A stretch of 64,000 bases of DNA, taken from contig NC_043021.1 of NCBI RefSeq assembly GCF_006345805.1, forward strand, positions 16,368,001-16,432,000, read 5' to 3'. Shown here one piece after another: positions 1 through 13,941 of this stretch (position 1 is the first letter of the stretch; each line of letters opens with the position of its first letter). Both the position numbers and the translations under genes were made by a program. This stretch comes from Octopus sinensis. Taxonomy: Eukaryota. The notes beneath the pieces are model-generated. The model was not told the DNA's origin and made no database searches. It was given only the letters and a program-made list of their open reading frames with translations.

Positions 1-14
1 CGTATGTGTATGTG

Positions 15-47
<33 letters not shown>

Positions 48-458
48 GCAATATACATATAATTTTCTGTGTATATATATATATATAGATACTTCCAAAC
101 AAACATGATTTCTAATGAAATCCCAATATTCTTTATGAACTTTTAATAATTTTTTCTATAAACAGTTTTTAACATTTTCTTATTATTATCAAAGAATGTA
201 TATAGGTATTGTAATCTTTTTGCCTAATATTTTAATGAACTTTTTAATTTTTTAATATTTTCCAAAGATTTTTCCTTGTAAATTGTTTTTAACACGTGCT
301 TATTATTATCAAAGAATGTATATATGTATTGTAATATTTTGTGACAACCAGTAACTAACACAACCAAGCATTTACATGTTACTTTTGACAATCTTTTTCT
401 AAAAAAGTGAACCGGTCAAGTAAATATATCTCTTTTAAAATTGCATTTTCAAACCTTC

Positions 459-526
<68 letters not shown>

Positions 527-1582
527 CAATTGCAGCATGGAAGATGTTGTAACCATCCATGAACACACGAAAACTGTTAGTTTCACTTCAGCATTTAAAT
601 TCATTTGTGTCAAAATAATTTTGTCGATTTGAAACCGCAACATGTTCACTGACAAAACTTTGTGCTGTATCTGAGAATGTAACAGTTAGTTCATGATGGC
701 TTACGAACATCTTCCATGCTGCAACTGTTTTTGTTTCAGCCATTGCATCTGATCAAAAAACATTATTTGTCCAAACGATGGAAAATGCACAGAAATTTTA
801 TGCTGAACAAAATATATATATTTTTATGAAATAAAATGTTTACACTGTCAACCGGTTTTGTTTGTGCTAATCATGAATAAGAAGTTAGTTTCATACTATC
901 ATAAGAAGTTTTCATTCCATGTTAGTTGGAAGAAGGAGATTTTACAAATGAATCAGGAGGCAAATAAATTTTAGAGGAGGTAATTAGTAATTGTTATTAT
1001 GAGAAAAAGGGGAGGTATTTACCCCTTTTCAATGTGAATTGATTGAGAATAGATTGAAAAGTTATAAATTTATGAATTAAAATATTTACAAAACCCAAAA
1101 TTGCATTATATGTTCATATTCGGATACAGTTGGTATTTTTCAATAAATGCTTTTTATTTGATCATAGGCAACCAATGGTCGTTTCACTACATTAGTAAAA
1201 AGGGAAAACTCATAAGGTACAAACATGTCTATGTGGTAAGAAGCTTGCTTCCCAACCACATGGTTCCAGGTTCAGTCCCACTGTAGGGCATCATAGGCCA
1301 ATCAAAGTTTTGCAGAGGTTCATTGTGTGTGTGTGCACGCACGTGTGTGTGTGTAATTGTGTCTGTGTTTGCCCCCAACCGATGTTGGTGTGTTTACATC
1401 CTTGTGGCATAATAGTGACCAAAAGAATAAGTATCAGTCTTAAAAAAAATGTCTTGGGATCGATCCAAGTTCTTGAAAGAGGTGCCCCAGCATGGCCACA
1501 GTTTAATGAGTGAAACAAGGAAAAGATAAAGGATAATGGATCGAGCTTTGAAGATGAGGTTTTGAAAGCTTTTAAAACTGAC

Positions 1583-1732
1583 CGTATAAAGGCATGATTC
1601 CACAATACTGGGTTCCGGTTCAAGTCCTGGAAAGGACTCTTCAATCAGATGTTTGCATTTCTCCAATATCCAATCGGAATTAGCCTGGTCTCGATGATCC
1701 GGTTCAACTTCCGGGCCATCGTGCAAACAAAA
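1583..1732 (-). CDS. PIPOX: PIPOX paralog A, coding exon 6
   Basis: 150 bp, ttgcAG..GTcagt. Encodes FCLHDGPEVEPDHRDQANSDWILEKCKHLIEESFPGLEPEPSIVESCLYT, with the CLYT motif whose Cys carries the covalent FAD in the MSOX/PIPOX family. Exons 7-8 not found in 1-1582, so presumably left of the window. Confidence 0.93.
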
Positions 1733-2837
1733 CTGCAAAATAAATATATATATACATAAATTTATATATAAATATATATATTTATATATAAATATATAAT
1801 GGGTCTCTGTAGTTAAAATGTTTACTTCCCATTGCATGGTACATTGAAAAGAAAGTTAAGAACCTAGTATAATAACTATCTTTGTCATTATTAAGCTGGT
1901 TTTTAGATCAAAAGCTAATGAAATTTTGGTGGAAGGATCAAATTTAAATCACTTTATGCATTGAGTGATAGAAGAAAATACATTTGTTTGTTGAAACAGC
2001 CCTTTGATTTTCATTGTTACATATGTTTGATACAACTTCTCTGAGTTGTGGTACAATAATTATTTGCAACTCCGATATTCATTCTGTAGGTAGTTAAATT
2101 CATCTTTTGTTGACTGCTAGAAGACTGGAGGAAAAGGAGAAATAGAAAGAGTAAAAGAGTTTACCTTTCTGGGCTGACAAGTTGATAGGGTGAATTTATA
2201 TTGTATATTCCTTTGAGGACAATCCATAAATGAAGGAGAGGAATAAATGCTCTTCAGCTAGGTGCCAAGTGACCAAAGAGATATAACATAAAACCAATTT
2301 GGGGTCCTGTATTTATAGTTTTTTTCTAACTAAATTAGGACAGGCTAAACAAAATATTTTTTCCTTTGTAATCAGCCTTGACACAAGTTTGAAAAGGTTA
2401 CAGGTTAACAATTAACAGTCATAAATTTCCGAGTGCAAAGCTTGGGGACAGTAGGAAGAGAACCTGTAGAAAAATGTTGATTTGGTTTTGAATCCTTGCT
2501 TAGAATCTAGGAAGCTATTTATTAGATATATATATGTGTGTTTGTATTTATGCATATAAGTACATACCTATGCACACACACATACATCATCATCATCATC
2601 ATCATTTAACGTTCGCTTTCCATGCTGGCATGGGTTGGACGGTTTGACTGAGGACTGGCGAACCAGAAGGCTGCACCAGGCTCCAATCTGATCTGGCAGA
2701 GTTTCTACAGCTGGATGCCCTTCCTAACGCCAACCACTCCGGGAGTGTAGTGGGTGCTTTTACGTGCCACCAGCATCACACATCACACCCCCCACACACA
2801 CTCACACACCCACCCACACACACACACACACATACAC

Positions 2838-2892
<55 letters not shown>

Positions 2893-4469
2893 TATATATA
2901 TACATACATATAATATACATACATATATATATATATATATACTAGCTGAAGGTGACCCGCTCTACGCGCGGGTAAGAGTGTGGTTGTTACTTTCTGTTGC
3001 TTCCTTTCAGCACGTAAAAAGCACCATCCGAACGTGGCCGATTGCAGCGCCGCCTTGACTTGCTTCTGTGCCGGTGGTACGTAAAAAGCACCAACCGATC
3101 GTTGCCGCTGCGAGCCCCCCCGGTACCTGTGCCGGCGGCACGAAAAAAGCACCCACTACACTCACAGAGTGGTTGGCGTTAGGAAGGTCATCCACCTGTA
3201 GAAACACTGCCAGATCAGACTGGATCCTGGTGCAGCCTCCTGGCTTCCCTGACCCCGGTCACACTGTCCAACCAATGCTAGCACGGAAAACGAACGTTAA
3301 ACGATGATGATGATGATGATTCTCCGTATTTGTTTCTCTCTCCTTTCTCTCTCACTTTCCCACTCTCTTACTTTTCTTTTCTCTCGGACTCTCCCTCGCT
3401 TTCTCTTACTCTCTATTTTTATCTATCTCTCTCCCATTTATAAACAACAGAAGATCTTGAGTAAGTTGAGAAATAAAATATTTAGAAAGATCAATCAGAA
3501 TATGAGGCAGTGGCAATGGAAAGGTCTGCTTCAAGGCAGACAGCAAAACGCTAACATTTAAAAGGGACAGACGAACTTGCGAGCTGAATAAAAATAATAA
3601 AATATTGGAAACCAAAGTTTGAAGGGATAGAATTGAGGATAGTAGAGTCACCATGGCTGGCATTTCTAACGACGGACAACAACGTAGTGACAGTTTAATG
3701 GCTGGCGTAAAAAATTTTGAACTTGATGTAAAAGAAAATTCGTAAACAACCAAGTTTTGAAGTGATTCTTTCTCACGACAGTAGACTCACCATGGCAAGC
3801 ATTCAAAACTTCTTTATCATGGACGGCAACACATTGACGATAAAAAGGCTGGCGCAAATTTTTTAGCTTGATGTAACAGAGAATTCCTAAACACCCGCTC
3901 CTTGAAATTTTAATCCCCTTCCAGCCCCATTTAGACCCCTTTTCACATTTTGGTTATATACCCGATTTCATTCGGGTCTACTGGGGCCACATTTTATAAG
4001 ATGAGGAATTTTGTCCTAGAGGTCACGCCTTTCATTTGAGGAAAAAAATAGTTGTCATGCAAACTTGCCAGCACTTTTAACATAGGTGTGCATATTTTCA
4101 GCTGAATCGACCGACTACATAATGCACACATTATATATATATATATGTGTATATATATGTGTGTGTGTGTGTGCACACATTATATATACAAATGTATACA
4201 AATGAGATATATATCTGTATAAATTAAATTAGAGATAAAATCACTAATAGGCAAATCAAACAGTGAAAAACCAAAAACAAAAACATTAAAAAAAATATAT
4301 AATATAGAAAATATAGAAAATATAAAATTGAAAAATTTTAATTATTTAAATTGAAAATAAAGATTATTAAATTATATTTATAATTTGTTTAAAAATATAT
4401 ATAACTATGAAAAAGTATGAAAAAGTTTAATATACATAAATAAAGATATATACACTTTGTATATATACA

Positions 4470-4675
4470 TTATATCTAGAACACACACACACACATACAT
4501 TATATATACATATTTATATATAGAACACACACACACACATACATTATATATACATATTTATATATAGAACACACACACACACACATACATTATATATACA
4601 TATTTATATATAGAACACACACACACATACATTATATATACATATTTATATATAGAACACACACACACACACATA
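4470..4675. repeat. ~42-46-bp minisatellite, about 5 units
   Basis: Repeated tatatatacatatttatatatagaacacacacacacacatacat. Confidence 0.85.
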
Positions 4676-5165
4676 ATGAACGCAAGAATATCTGATTCAT
4701 AATATTTGTTCTCATGGTTGTGTGTTGTTGGTAGCGATGATAATTCTCCCTATGAATGCAAACAGATACATCAAAGAAAGCCGCCTGACGAACTTATAAA
4801 GGGAAAGTGAAAGGGAGTTGAGGGGAATACATTAAATAACCGGAGTGACATTCTCAAAGTTATTAATGAAGGGGAGTAAGAGAGGGAAAGGAGGAAATAG
4901 GGTGAGTGAGGAAGATGGCCCCTAGCAACCACACCTTTTAAGCTAGGGATTTCTAGCGAATCGGACAGGATGTAGTGACATTGAAAGCGATCCAAGCGGT
5001 AAAAACGCATTTCAGTTTTATATATAGAGATATACACACATATATATATACACACACACATATATATATATACGTATATATATATATATATATACATACA
5101 TTAAAGCTCTTTTCAGAAATAATGAATAAACGAATGAATAATGATTAAACACAAATAGTTTATAC

Positions 5166-5309
5166 CTTTGTCAGTGCCGGGTATTCTTTTTCAAAAATTC
5201 CATAAAATCCATCATTTCCGTTTGAATAGAAAAACAAATGGGCATCGATTCGTTTCTGTCGACCTGCTACGGGTTTCTGTTTGAAATAACCAACAGTTAC
5301 TCTTTGAAC
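5166..5309 (-). CDS. PIPOX: PIPOX paralog A, coding exon 5
   Basis: 144 bp, tttcAG..GTata, open frame VQRVTVGYFKQKPVAGRQKRIDAHLFFYSNGNDGFYGIFEKEYPALTK. Same length and phase as paralog B exon 5. Not in the ORF track. Confidence 0.88.
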
Positions 5310-5537
5310 CTGAAACAAAGGTTTTCATTGAAGGTAAACATCATCCACATTTCCACATATGTGTCAATGAGTACAATATAACATTCAACTCAGTTCTATC
5401 CTATGTGTTAACGTATATATGTATGTAAGAATATGTCTATCTATATATTGTGTGTGTGTGTGTGTGTGCATGCATGTATATGCATATACCAGTACACATA
5501 CATATTTATAAACATATATCTATGATCTTCATCTACA

Positions 5538-5601
<64 letters not shown>

Positions 5602-5697
5602 ATTATGTATATATATATATATATATTATATATTATAATATATATATATATATATATACATATAATATATATATACATATATATATATACATATACC

Positions 5698-5749
<52 letters not shown>

Positions 5750-5750
5750 T

Positions 5751-5818
<68 letters not shown>

Positions 5819-6825
5819 TCGAGTATGATCGTTACCAGCGTCGCCTCACTGGCACTATGCCTGTGCTAGTAGGGTGCCAAGAGCACTATCTGAGCGTGAT
5901 CATTGCCAGAGCAGCCAACTGGCTTCTGTACCCGTGGCATGTAAAAGGGCACCATTCGAGCGTGATCGTTACCAACGTTGCTTCACTGGCACCTGTGCCT
6001 GTGGCACGTGTAAAAAGATTCGAGCGAGGTCATTGCCAGTACCGCCTGACTGGCCCCCATGCTGGTGGCACGTAAAAAGCATCCACTACATTCTCGGAGT
6101 GGTTGACGTTAGGAAGGGCATCCAGCTGTAGAAACTCTGCCAGATCAAGACTGGAGCCTGGTGCAGCCATCTGGTTTGCCAGCCCTCAGTCAAAATCGTC
6201 CAACCCATGCTAGCATGGAAAGTGGACGTTAAACGATGATGATATATATATATATATATAACTTAAAAATGTATGATAGATTGCAGTCAATTCATTCTCT
6301 CTTACCTGTTTGTGTCTGCCTTCCAATTGCTGTTTTTACTGTGATCTCCCTTTTTAGTAGAAGAAATAGCTATAACCCTTTGACTGCTATTTCTAAATTC
6401 GGTATGTGGTAAGGCAATTCGTTGCTAAACCCTTTATTGCTTAGTATATATATATATATATATTTATATAAAATCCGTTGTCTGTCTGTCTGTGTGTCTT
6501 CTAGGATCTCGAGCATCCTCCATCCGACTGCGCTCAAATCGGACATGTAGATACCGACGGTATCAGGACATGTATAAGTCTTGAAAATATTACAAAAATC
6601 GATTCCAGGTGAGAATGCGATCGATAAAGCCGTGGGAATGTGCATTTGTACATGCAAGTAGATCAGTCGAAACCCATCTTTTGCTGGTGTCTCAAATTTA
6701 GGTTAAATCAGTGTTTCTCAAAGGGGAAGCCTATGGGACGGTCGGACAAGTTGTTTTGAGAAAATTTAGTTTAAATGTTTGACAACCCAGTACCGTCCAT
6801 TGGACAGGGTGGGGGCGTTTTGCTC

Positions 6826-6864
<39 letters not shown>

Positions 6865-6997
6865 TCACTATATATATATATACACACACATACATACATG
6901 CATACATATATGACACCAGGTAGCCCAAACTGTGCCAGCGTTTTACTCAACACTTCAATGCACTAATCGACATATACCCATTCATCCAAAATATTAA

Positions 6998-7030
<33 letters not shown>

Positions 7031-7102
7031 TGTATGTATGTATGTATGCATGTAATTACTAAGTGATGTGAATTTTGAATAAATTTGTAAGACTTAACGA
7101 AC

Positions 7103-7285
7103 CTTTAAAGGGAATTCAATTCCAAGATGTTGAAAAGAAGATTTGGCCCAAGGGCCAAGGCAAAGAATGACATTTCGTCCCTGGAAGGTACCTTTTGATG
7201 CATTTACTTGATGAATTTCACCGGGTATGATAGAAAGTACTCTGTTTCCGTCAATGAGTGTGCCTCCATTTTTCACAAACTGATC
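7103..7285 (-). CDS. PIPOX: PIPOX paralog A, coding exon 4
   Basis: 183 bp, tacAG..GTtcgt. Encodes DQFVKNGGTLIDGNRVLSIIPGEIHQVNASKGTFQGRNVILCLGPWAKSSFQHLGIEFPLK. Confidence 0.93.
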
Positions 7286-7581
7286 CTGTAACAGTTAAAA
7301 GCTTAATTGATTAATTAATTAATTTCCCAATCTAAAATTATTTAAAGTCTTTAACTAATTTTTATTTCTTGTGCAGTGTCCAAGATTGCTGGCTTGTGGA
7401 TTTATTTGGGACAGCTGTTATTGCATGAGGAATTAATTCCTCTATTGAGGGGTGGTGGTGTTCCTCTATCAAGAGATTTGAGGGAGGTTTCACTGCTATT
7501 TCTAGCTGGTCAAGTGATACGCCACCACCACTGCCACCAGTGACTCCACCACCTTGAGAGAAAAGTTGGACCTAAGAAGCA

Positions 7582-8355
7582 TCAGATGTGGTGTGCAAGA
7601 GAGACGACTGCACGGGTATGGTCATGTGGTGAGAATGGATGAGGATAGCTGTGTGAAAAAGTGCCACACCCTAGCGGTTGAGGGAACCTGTGGAAGAGGT
7701 AGACCTGAGATGAAGTGGTGAAGCATAACCTTTGAACTTTAGGCCTCACCAAGGAAATGACTAGTGACCGAGACTTTTGGAAATATGCTGTGCTTGAGAA
7801 GACCCAGCAAGCCAAATGAGACCATAACCTCGTGGCCTATTCCAGGAGCATAACCAGCCCACTTATGCGTACCTGTCTTTCTTTGGACACTAAACTCTGC
7901 TTGTGAAGACCCGTTGAGGCAAGTGAAATCAAAATCAAAATCAAATTCGATGACTGGCATCCGTGCTAGTGAGGTGCAAAGAGCACCATACGAGTGTGAT
8001 CGTTGACAGAGTGGCTAACCGGCTTCTGTGCCAGTGGCACATAAAAGGCACCATTCAAGTGTGATCGTTACCAGCGTCGCCTTACTGGCACCTGTGCCAG
8101 TGGTATGTGTAAAAACATTCGAGCAAGGTCATTGCCAGTACCACCTGACTGGGTAGCCGTGCCTGTAGCATGTAAAAAGCACCCACTACACTCTTGGAGT
8201 AGTTGGCATTAGGAAGGGCATCCAGCTGTAGAAGCTCTGCCAGATCAAGATTGGAGCCTGGTACAGCCATCTGGTTCACTAGACCTCAGTCAAAATCGTT
8301 CAACCCATGCCAGCATGGAAAGCCTACATTAAACGATGATGATGATGATGATGAC
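7582..8355 (+). mobile_element. RTE-clade LINE 3' fragment with (GAT)n tail
   Basis: [36 protein letters not shown], followed by the ~60-bp tandem subrepeat region and ttaaacgatgatgat tail. The same tail occurs alone at 2585-2780(-), 3005-3320, 5820-6243, 20690-20885, 33930-34190 and 51050-51385. Confidence 0.82.
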
Positions 8356-8451
8356 TACTGTCAACATGCCACTACTGCCGTAACATCCATCACCACCACA
8401 ATTGCCACCACCATCACTATGGCAACAAAACAAAAACCAAACAGTACATAC

Positions 8452-8662
8452 TTGATATGTGGACACGGCCTTGTCTGCATGAAGAATTCCTGCTTCGAGA
8501 TCAATGAGGGCTTTGGTACCTGCAGCAAGTTTGATGTTAAACTCGTTAGCTAATCGTTCATTAGATACCTCTTCAAAGGCCATATTACAGGTGGAGAGGG
8601 TTTCTTTCACTCTGTCAACATAAGTGTCCTGCTTGGCACTCATCACAAGGAGTTTGGTTTTC
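8452..8662 (-). CDS. PIPOX: PIPOX paralog A, coding exon 3
   Basis: 211 bp (1+70 codons), ctcAG..GTatgt. Encodes KTKLLVMSAKQDTYVDRVKETL...LIDLEAGILHADKAVSTYQ. Confidence 0.92.
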
Positions 8663-9344
8663 CTGAGAACAACAGAATAATGGATTAACAGAATGTAATA
8701 CTAATTTAATCAACCTTTCAACATGGGACTGAAAAACAAACTTTCAAAGGTAATAATTATTATTAAAATTATAATTTAGGGTATCTAAGAGATACCTCCA
8801 CGCTGGAAATAGCAGCCAAAACCTGACTCTAAAACCACATTAAATGTTCATACAGCACCAGGAGAGAGGACAAAGGACAAGATGAACTAGTAAAAAATTA
8901 CTGGATAATTCCAGATGCCGGATTTCTGACTTTGCATAAGAAATGCTTTGCCTCATTAGTGGAATATACACAGATAATAACATAAATACACATATATATA
9001 CATATAACATACGAATACTTACATATACAAACATATACATACATGTATATGCACGTATGCACACGACCAGTTTAAATTGCCCACCTATAATTCCTTGTGC
9101 AATATGGTCAAAATATCAACCGCAGTAAATATAATGACGAAATAAATATAAATTTATATAAATGAGGATAAGATCGTTAATTTAATTATCAATCTTATCA
9201 AGTGGCCAGCATGGGGATAAAAACCTTCAAAGGTAATAATTATTATCATATATATATATTTATATATATATTTTTATATATATATTATATTTTGTGAAAT
9301 TTGATTTAGTATTTCTAAATATACTAAATTTGATTTAGTATTCC

Positions 9345-10575
9345 ATCGCCAAACGGATGGAATCCTGTATCAGAGAAACCCTCTGGAACTTCTGGAAGTC
9401 TCACAGCCTCATCCAGCCGTCACAATTCTGATTTATTCCTAACTCCAGCTGCTGTAATCAACTCATCGGATCCTGGGTGGATGTTGTTTACCTGGACTTT
9501 GTTAAGGCTTTTAACTCTGTGCCACACAAAAGACTTATGGTGACGCTTTCTGCGTTGGGTGTAAGAGACAAACTCTATAACTGGTTGAAGTCTTTTATTT
9601 TCGGCCGAAAAGAGGTTGTCACAGTTCTAGGACAGCACTCTTCGCCCTATGAGATGACATCTGGTGTACCACAGGGATCTGTTCTTGGCCCCCTTTTATT
9701 TGTTGCATATGTTAATGACATAGATGCCAACTTAAAGAATGCCACAGTGCTGAAATATGCAGATGACATCAAGCTGTACCTCGAAATAAAGAGGTCAAAT
9801 CCTGTACACTATAGATCCCTATTGCAAGCAGACCTGGACACAATGCAGCAGTGGATCATGGACTGGCAACTCAAGCTGGCTGTGGACAAATGTACCACCA
9901 TGCATTTTGGGAGGAGAAACCCAGCGTCCACCTACTCCCTCCACAACACTAGTCTCAAAACGTCTTCATGTGAACGTGACCTGGGTGTTATTGTTGACAG
10001 TGATCTGCGTTGGACAAAACACATAGCTAAAATTGTCAAGAAGGCTGAGGGTGTCTTGGCATCACTCACCAAATCCTTTGTGAGCCACTCTCTGGCTATC
10101 TATCTGCGGCTTTATATAGCTATGGTAAGACCTCACCTGGAATTTGCATCACCGGTCTGGAACCCCTATCTTGCCCAGGATATCAATTGTCTGGAAGCTG
10201 TTCAGCGACGTGCAACCAAAAGAATACCCTCCATCAGGCATTTGTCATATCCTGAAGGCCTTACTTCCCTGGGCATGGACACATTGAAACTCCGACGTCT
10301 GGCAGCTGACTTGGCAGACACCCATAAAATTATCAACCATCGTACAAACAATAACTCTGAGCACCTTTTCAAACTCCACCCATCTAACACCCGTGGACAT
10401 ATTTACAAAGTTAGAAAACAGCACGGCTCCCATGACTTCAGGAAACATTTTTTGATGCTGAGAGTTGCTGAAGCATGGAACAAACTGCCGGCATCAGTTG
10501 TTAGTTGTCGAAGCACTGCATCCTTCAAAACTTCCATGCTTTCTGAGATTCACCAACACTACACCTGATTTTCTA
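9345..10575 (+). mobile_element. 5'-truncated CR1/L2-group LINE, reverse transcriptase
   Basis: 363-aa ORF 9477-10568 with YLDFxKAF, GVPQGSVLGP, YADD and ERDLGV motifs. Antisense in PIPOX-A intron 2. Confidence 0.92.
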
Positions 10576-10629
10576 TTATTTAAATTGAATTTTTCCCTGT
10601 AAGTTAGGAATAATATTCCCTCAAATAAT

Positions 10630-10663
<34 letters not shown>

Positions 10664-11370
10664 TGTGTAAAAAGATAGATCAGGAAAAAGAAGCACACTC
10701 TAAGTTATAGAGCAATATAAATAAAAAATGGAGAGGTCCGGTGTATGGGATTACCTTAGGTTTTACACCCATAAAGGGCTTGGCGTTATGTCACAAGATA
10801 GCAGGGTCACTGGCAATCAATAACCAAAGTGAGACAGTTCCCTTTGTGGACACTGAGTAGTGGGGTCCTTTCCCCATCCATATTCTGGAGAGGCCTTAAG
10901 CCAAGAGGGTTGGGATCTGATGATACGCCATAAAGTGGCATACAGTCCTCCATGTCAGCCTCCCCCCCCCCCCGACTGCCACCGTTTTAATTTGACTTGG
11001 ACATTACTTAGAAAATATTTTTCATTTTTAACCTCGTATATAGTACGCACTAGGGATTTTGACCTTTAAATTTTTGGAAAAAAGTGCGGATTATACTCGA
11101 GGATTTACGGTATGTATGTATGTATGTATGTATGTATGTATGTATGTATGTATGTATGTATGTATGTGTGTGTGTATGTATGTGTGTATGTGTGTATGTA
11201 TGTATGTATGTGTGTGTGTGTATGTGTGTATGTATGTATGTGTATATGTATGTATGTATGTATGTGTATATGTATGCATGTATGTATGTATCAATGCATG
11301 TATGAATGCATGTATGTATGTATGTATGTATGTATGTATGTATGTATGCAGAGTCATTTATCGAGCTTAC

Positions 11371-11519
11371 GTGTAAAGTTGAGTCCCTGAATCTCGTTCC
11401 AGCTGTTCCCACATTGGATAGGCTTCTCTCATCATATTGGCAAATATTTCCTGTATGTAGGCCCTTCGGATACCTCGAGACTGACCATGGGAACTTCCCC
11501 TGGTGTGAGGCAGTGGGAA
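11371..11519 (-). CDS. PIPOX: PIPOX paralog A, coding exon 2
   Basis: 149 bp, tccAG..GTaagc. Encodes [50 protein letters not shown] (GSSHGxSR..R.AY family motif). The ORF track shows only other frames here. Confidence 0.94.
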
Positions 11520-12479
11520 CTGGATCAAGAGAAAAAAAAAGAGAAATAATGAGGGAGAGAGAGAGAGAGAGAGAGAGAAGGGAGAGACAGAGGAAGTAAA
11601 AAGGAAATGAAGTGATCACTTGACTTGCTAGAAATTGCAGTTAAGTCAACCTCAAATCACACCTTACCATCTATGTAAATGAAGGATTCATTAGATATGG
11701 TTCGGCCTGATACACTTATAAGACATAGTCATGGTTGAAAAGCCTTTGACCATAGGACCACTGGATCAGAGTTGACCTTGGGTTAAACAGTAACAACAAC
11801 AAACACTAAGTCCAAGCTCCATATGGCATTGTAGCAAATTAAACAGTAGATATTAGTTTTCTGTTAATGATCATCAGAAAAGGCATAAATGCCACCTGTT
11901 TGTTCCTTCTCGAGCCATGCCTGGCTCATAAGGGCCAATTTCCCAGTTTCCTTGGCATATAGGTTCCCCACCTGGATGGGACGTCAGTTCATCGCAGGTG
12001 AGCTGCAAGATGCAGGAGGAAAGAGTGAGAGAAAGTTGTGGCAAAAGAGTCAGCAGAATTTCGCCATTACCTTCTGCAGGAGCTGCATGGATCTTAGGTG
12101 TTTCGCTCATAAACACACACATCGCCTGGTCTGAGATTTGAACCCGCGATCCCTCGACAGCGAGTCCGCTGCTCTAACCACTAGGCCATGTTCCTCCACA
12201 TAGATGCCACAACTTCACACTACCTCTCCCAATGTGTCCTTGTTTTCTTCAGCCTGCTTTCTCAGAGAAAGTGAAACCGATAGATATGGTCAGCATATCA
12301 AATGTTAAAGCCCTTGCACAGAAGTTGAATGCATGTGCATGAAGTGATTACTGTTGGGTCAGTGTAAGAGACCAGCATTCAGAGCTGCAGAGCAGGACAG
12401 GTTCTACAGTTGCATGAAACAGGCTGACCATACATCATACATATGACTGTATGGATCTTTACCACTCATCAGCCAGACA

Positions 12480-12900
12480 ATCAAATGAAGAGAGTTCAAT
12501 TTCAGAGGCACCTGTTTCCATTGAACAGATCCACCTTCATTTGATTGTTCGCGGGAGAGTGAGGCCACACCGATACAGACATCGATATAATGACCGTAAA
12601 GTTTGAGAGTGGGACCAGTGAAATTGTGAGAATATTTGGGCCCCAAGTGTAGACAACGAACAGGTTCACATAGTTGGGGCTCGTACTTGTTCCCTTGGCC
12701 CCTCCTGAGACGTGTTGGTAAAAATTCCCCCACGAACGAGAAGCAGTTGAGGGAGAGAACAAGTTTGACCGGACAAAGAAGTGTGGAGGGATCAGGTTGA
12801 GGGTCAGGTCGAAGGTCCTGAAAATGTTTTAGCGCAAGAAGTCCTTCATTGTGTGGGATCATTCTTGATATCAAGAGTGAACAGAAATTTAGAGGGGTCA
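12480..12900 (-). mobile_element. Frameshifted Penelope-like (PLE) reverse transcriptase remnant
   Basis: Across three frames: IPHNEGLLALKHF..PST..LVLSLNCFSFVGEF / FYQ.VSG.AKGT..SPNYVNLFV / HYIDVCIG. Resembles PLE RT motifs 3-5. Confidence 0.72.
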
Positions 12901-13062
12901 GAAGGGAAGGAGAAAGAATAAAAAAGATGGAGAGCATGGTTAGTGTCATGGATGTGGGAGGGGAGGGAAGCCACTGAGGTGGGGCAGGGACATATATATG
13001 TATATATATATACATATATATCTATCTATATGTATATATGTATATCTATCTATCTATATGTA

Positions 13063-13630
13063 TTGGGTTGTCCGGAAAGTTCATGCCGATTTTTACAGGA
13101 AAGAAAAAGGTCAATAAATACTTGCCATTACATTTTTAATCAACCAAATATGAACCATTTTGGTGCACAATGCGTCTCCATCTTTCTTTTAACTTGAAAA
13201 TACCTTCTTCCCAGAATTGAGGGGGTTTCATGGCAAAGAATTCATCAAGGTATCTTTTTAAGTCATCCAAGGAATTGAAATTTTTACCATTAAGACTATT
13301 CTGCAGAGACCTGGATGAGTGGAAATCCAAAGGAGCAATATCTGGTGAATATTTGGAGGGTGGAGTAACACATCCCAGCTGAGCTGCAGCAATTTTTGTC
13401 TGGTTCCCAAAGCATCAAGTGCCGAAAATGAACTTTCTTATCTTCCATTTTAAAGGGTTACAGAATTAACACAGGTTATAGGAACATAAACTTTCTTCGA
13501 TGAAAAGATAGCTTGAACTGTGCTCTAAATGGAGGTGTAGTCAAATCCTATTCTATGGACTCAACCATGTTCTAAAATAAGTCGAAAGGTAAGCTGCTAT
13601 AAATCGGCACAAACTTTCCGGACAACCCAA
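13063..13630 (-). mobile_element. Internally deleted mariner element
   Basis: TA-flanked TIRs TTGGGTTGTCCGGAAAGT / ACTTTCCGGACAACCCAA. Transposase C-terminus YSPDIAP.DFH..RSLQNSLNGKNF..FWEEGIFKLKERW. Confidence 0.92.
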
Positions 13631-13634
13631 TATA

Positions 13635-13941
13635 TCTTTATATATAAAATTGAAGTTGTGTGTGTGAGATTCTGTCTCCTCCGATTTAGATTCCTAACTA
13701 CTCCCACATTTTGCAGTGTAGTTTAACCAAAAGCAGGTATCTTATAGACGTCATTCATATTGAGCCCTTCTGGGTATTAGCACGCGTCTACGATGAGTCT
13801 ACGATTTTAAAAATAATTTACCATCATTTTTCCGTATTTTTAATGATTTTTGCACGGGTTATATAAGGGAAGTAACTCTCTAAAAATGCTTATATAGTTA
13901 TTTCCCTTACAAACCCGAGCAACGCCGGGCAATACTGCTAG
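13635..13941 (+). mobile_element. Non-autonomous Helitron
   Basis: A|TC 5' end, subterminal hairpin CCCGAGCAACGCCGGG, CTAG|T 3' end. Confidence 0.8.

Noticed and set aside
1-1582. PIPOX-A exons 7-8
   Set aside because: No MTPD or GHGFK coding sequence on the minus strand. The equivalent intron in B is ~1.8 kb, so they probably lie outside the window. Their absence here is not evidence of pseudogenisation.
11050-11619. 189-aa minus-strand ORF and the overlapping 11306-11599 plus ORF
   Set aside because: Wrong frame or wrong strand over PIPOX-A exon 2 plus microsatellite. The real frame is set by the splice sites.
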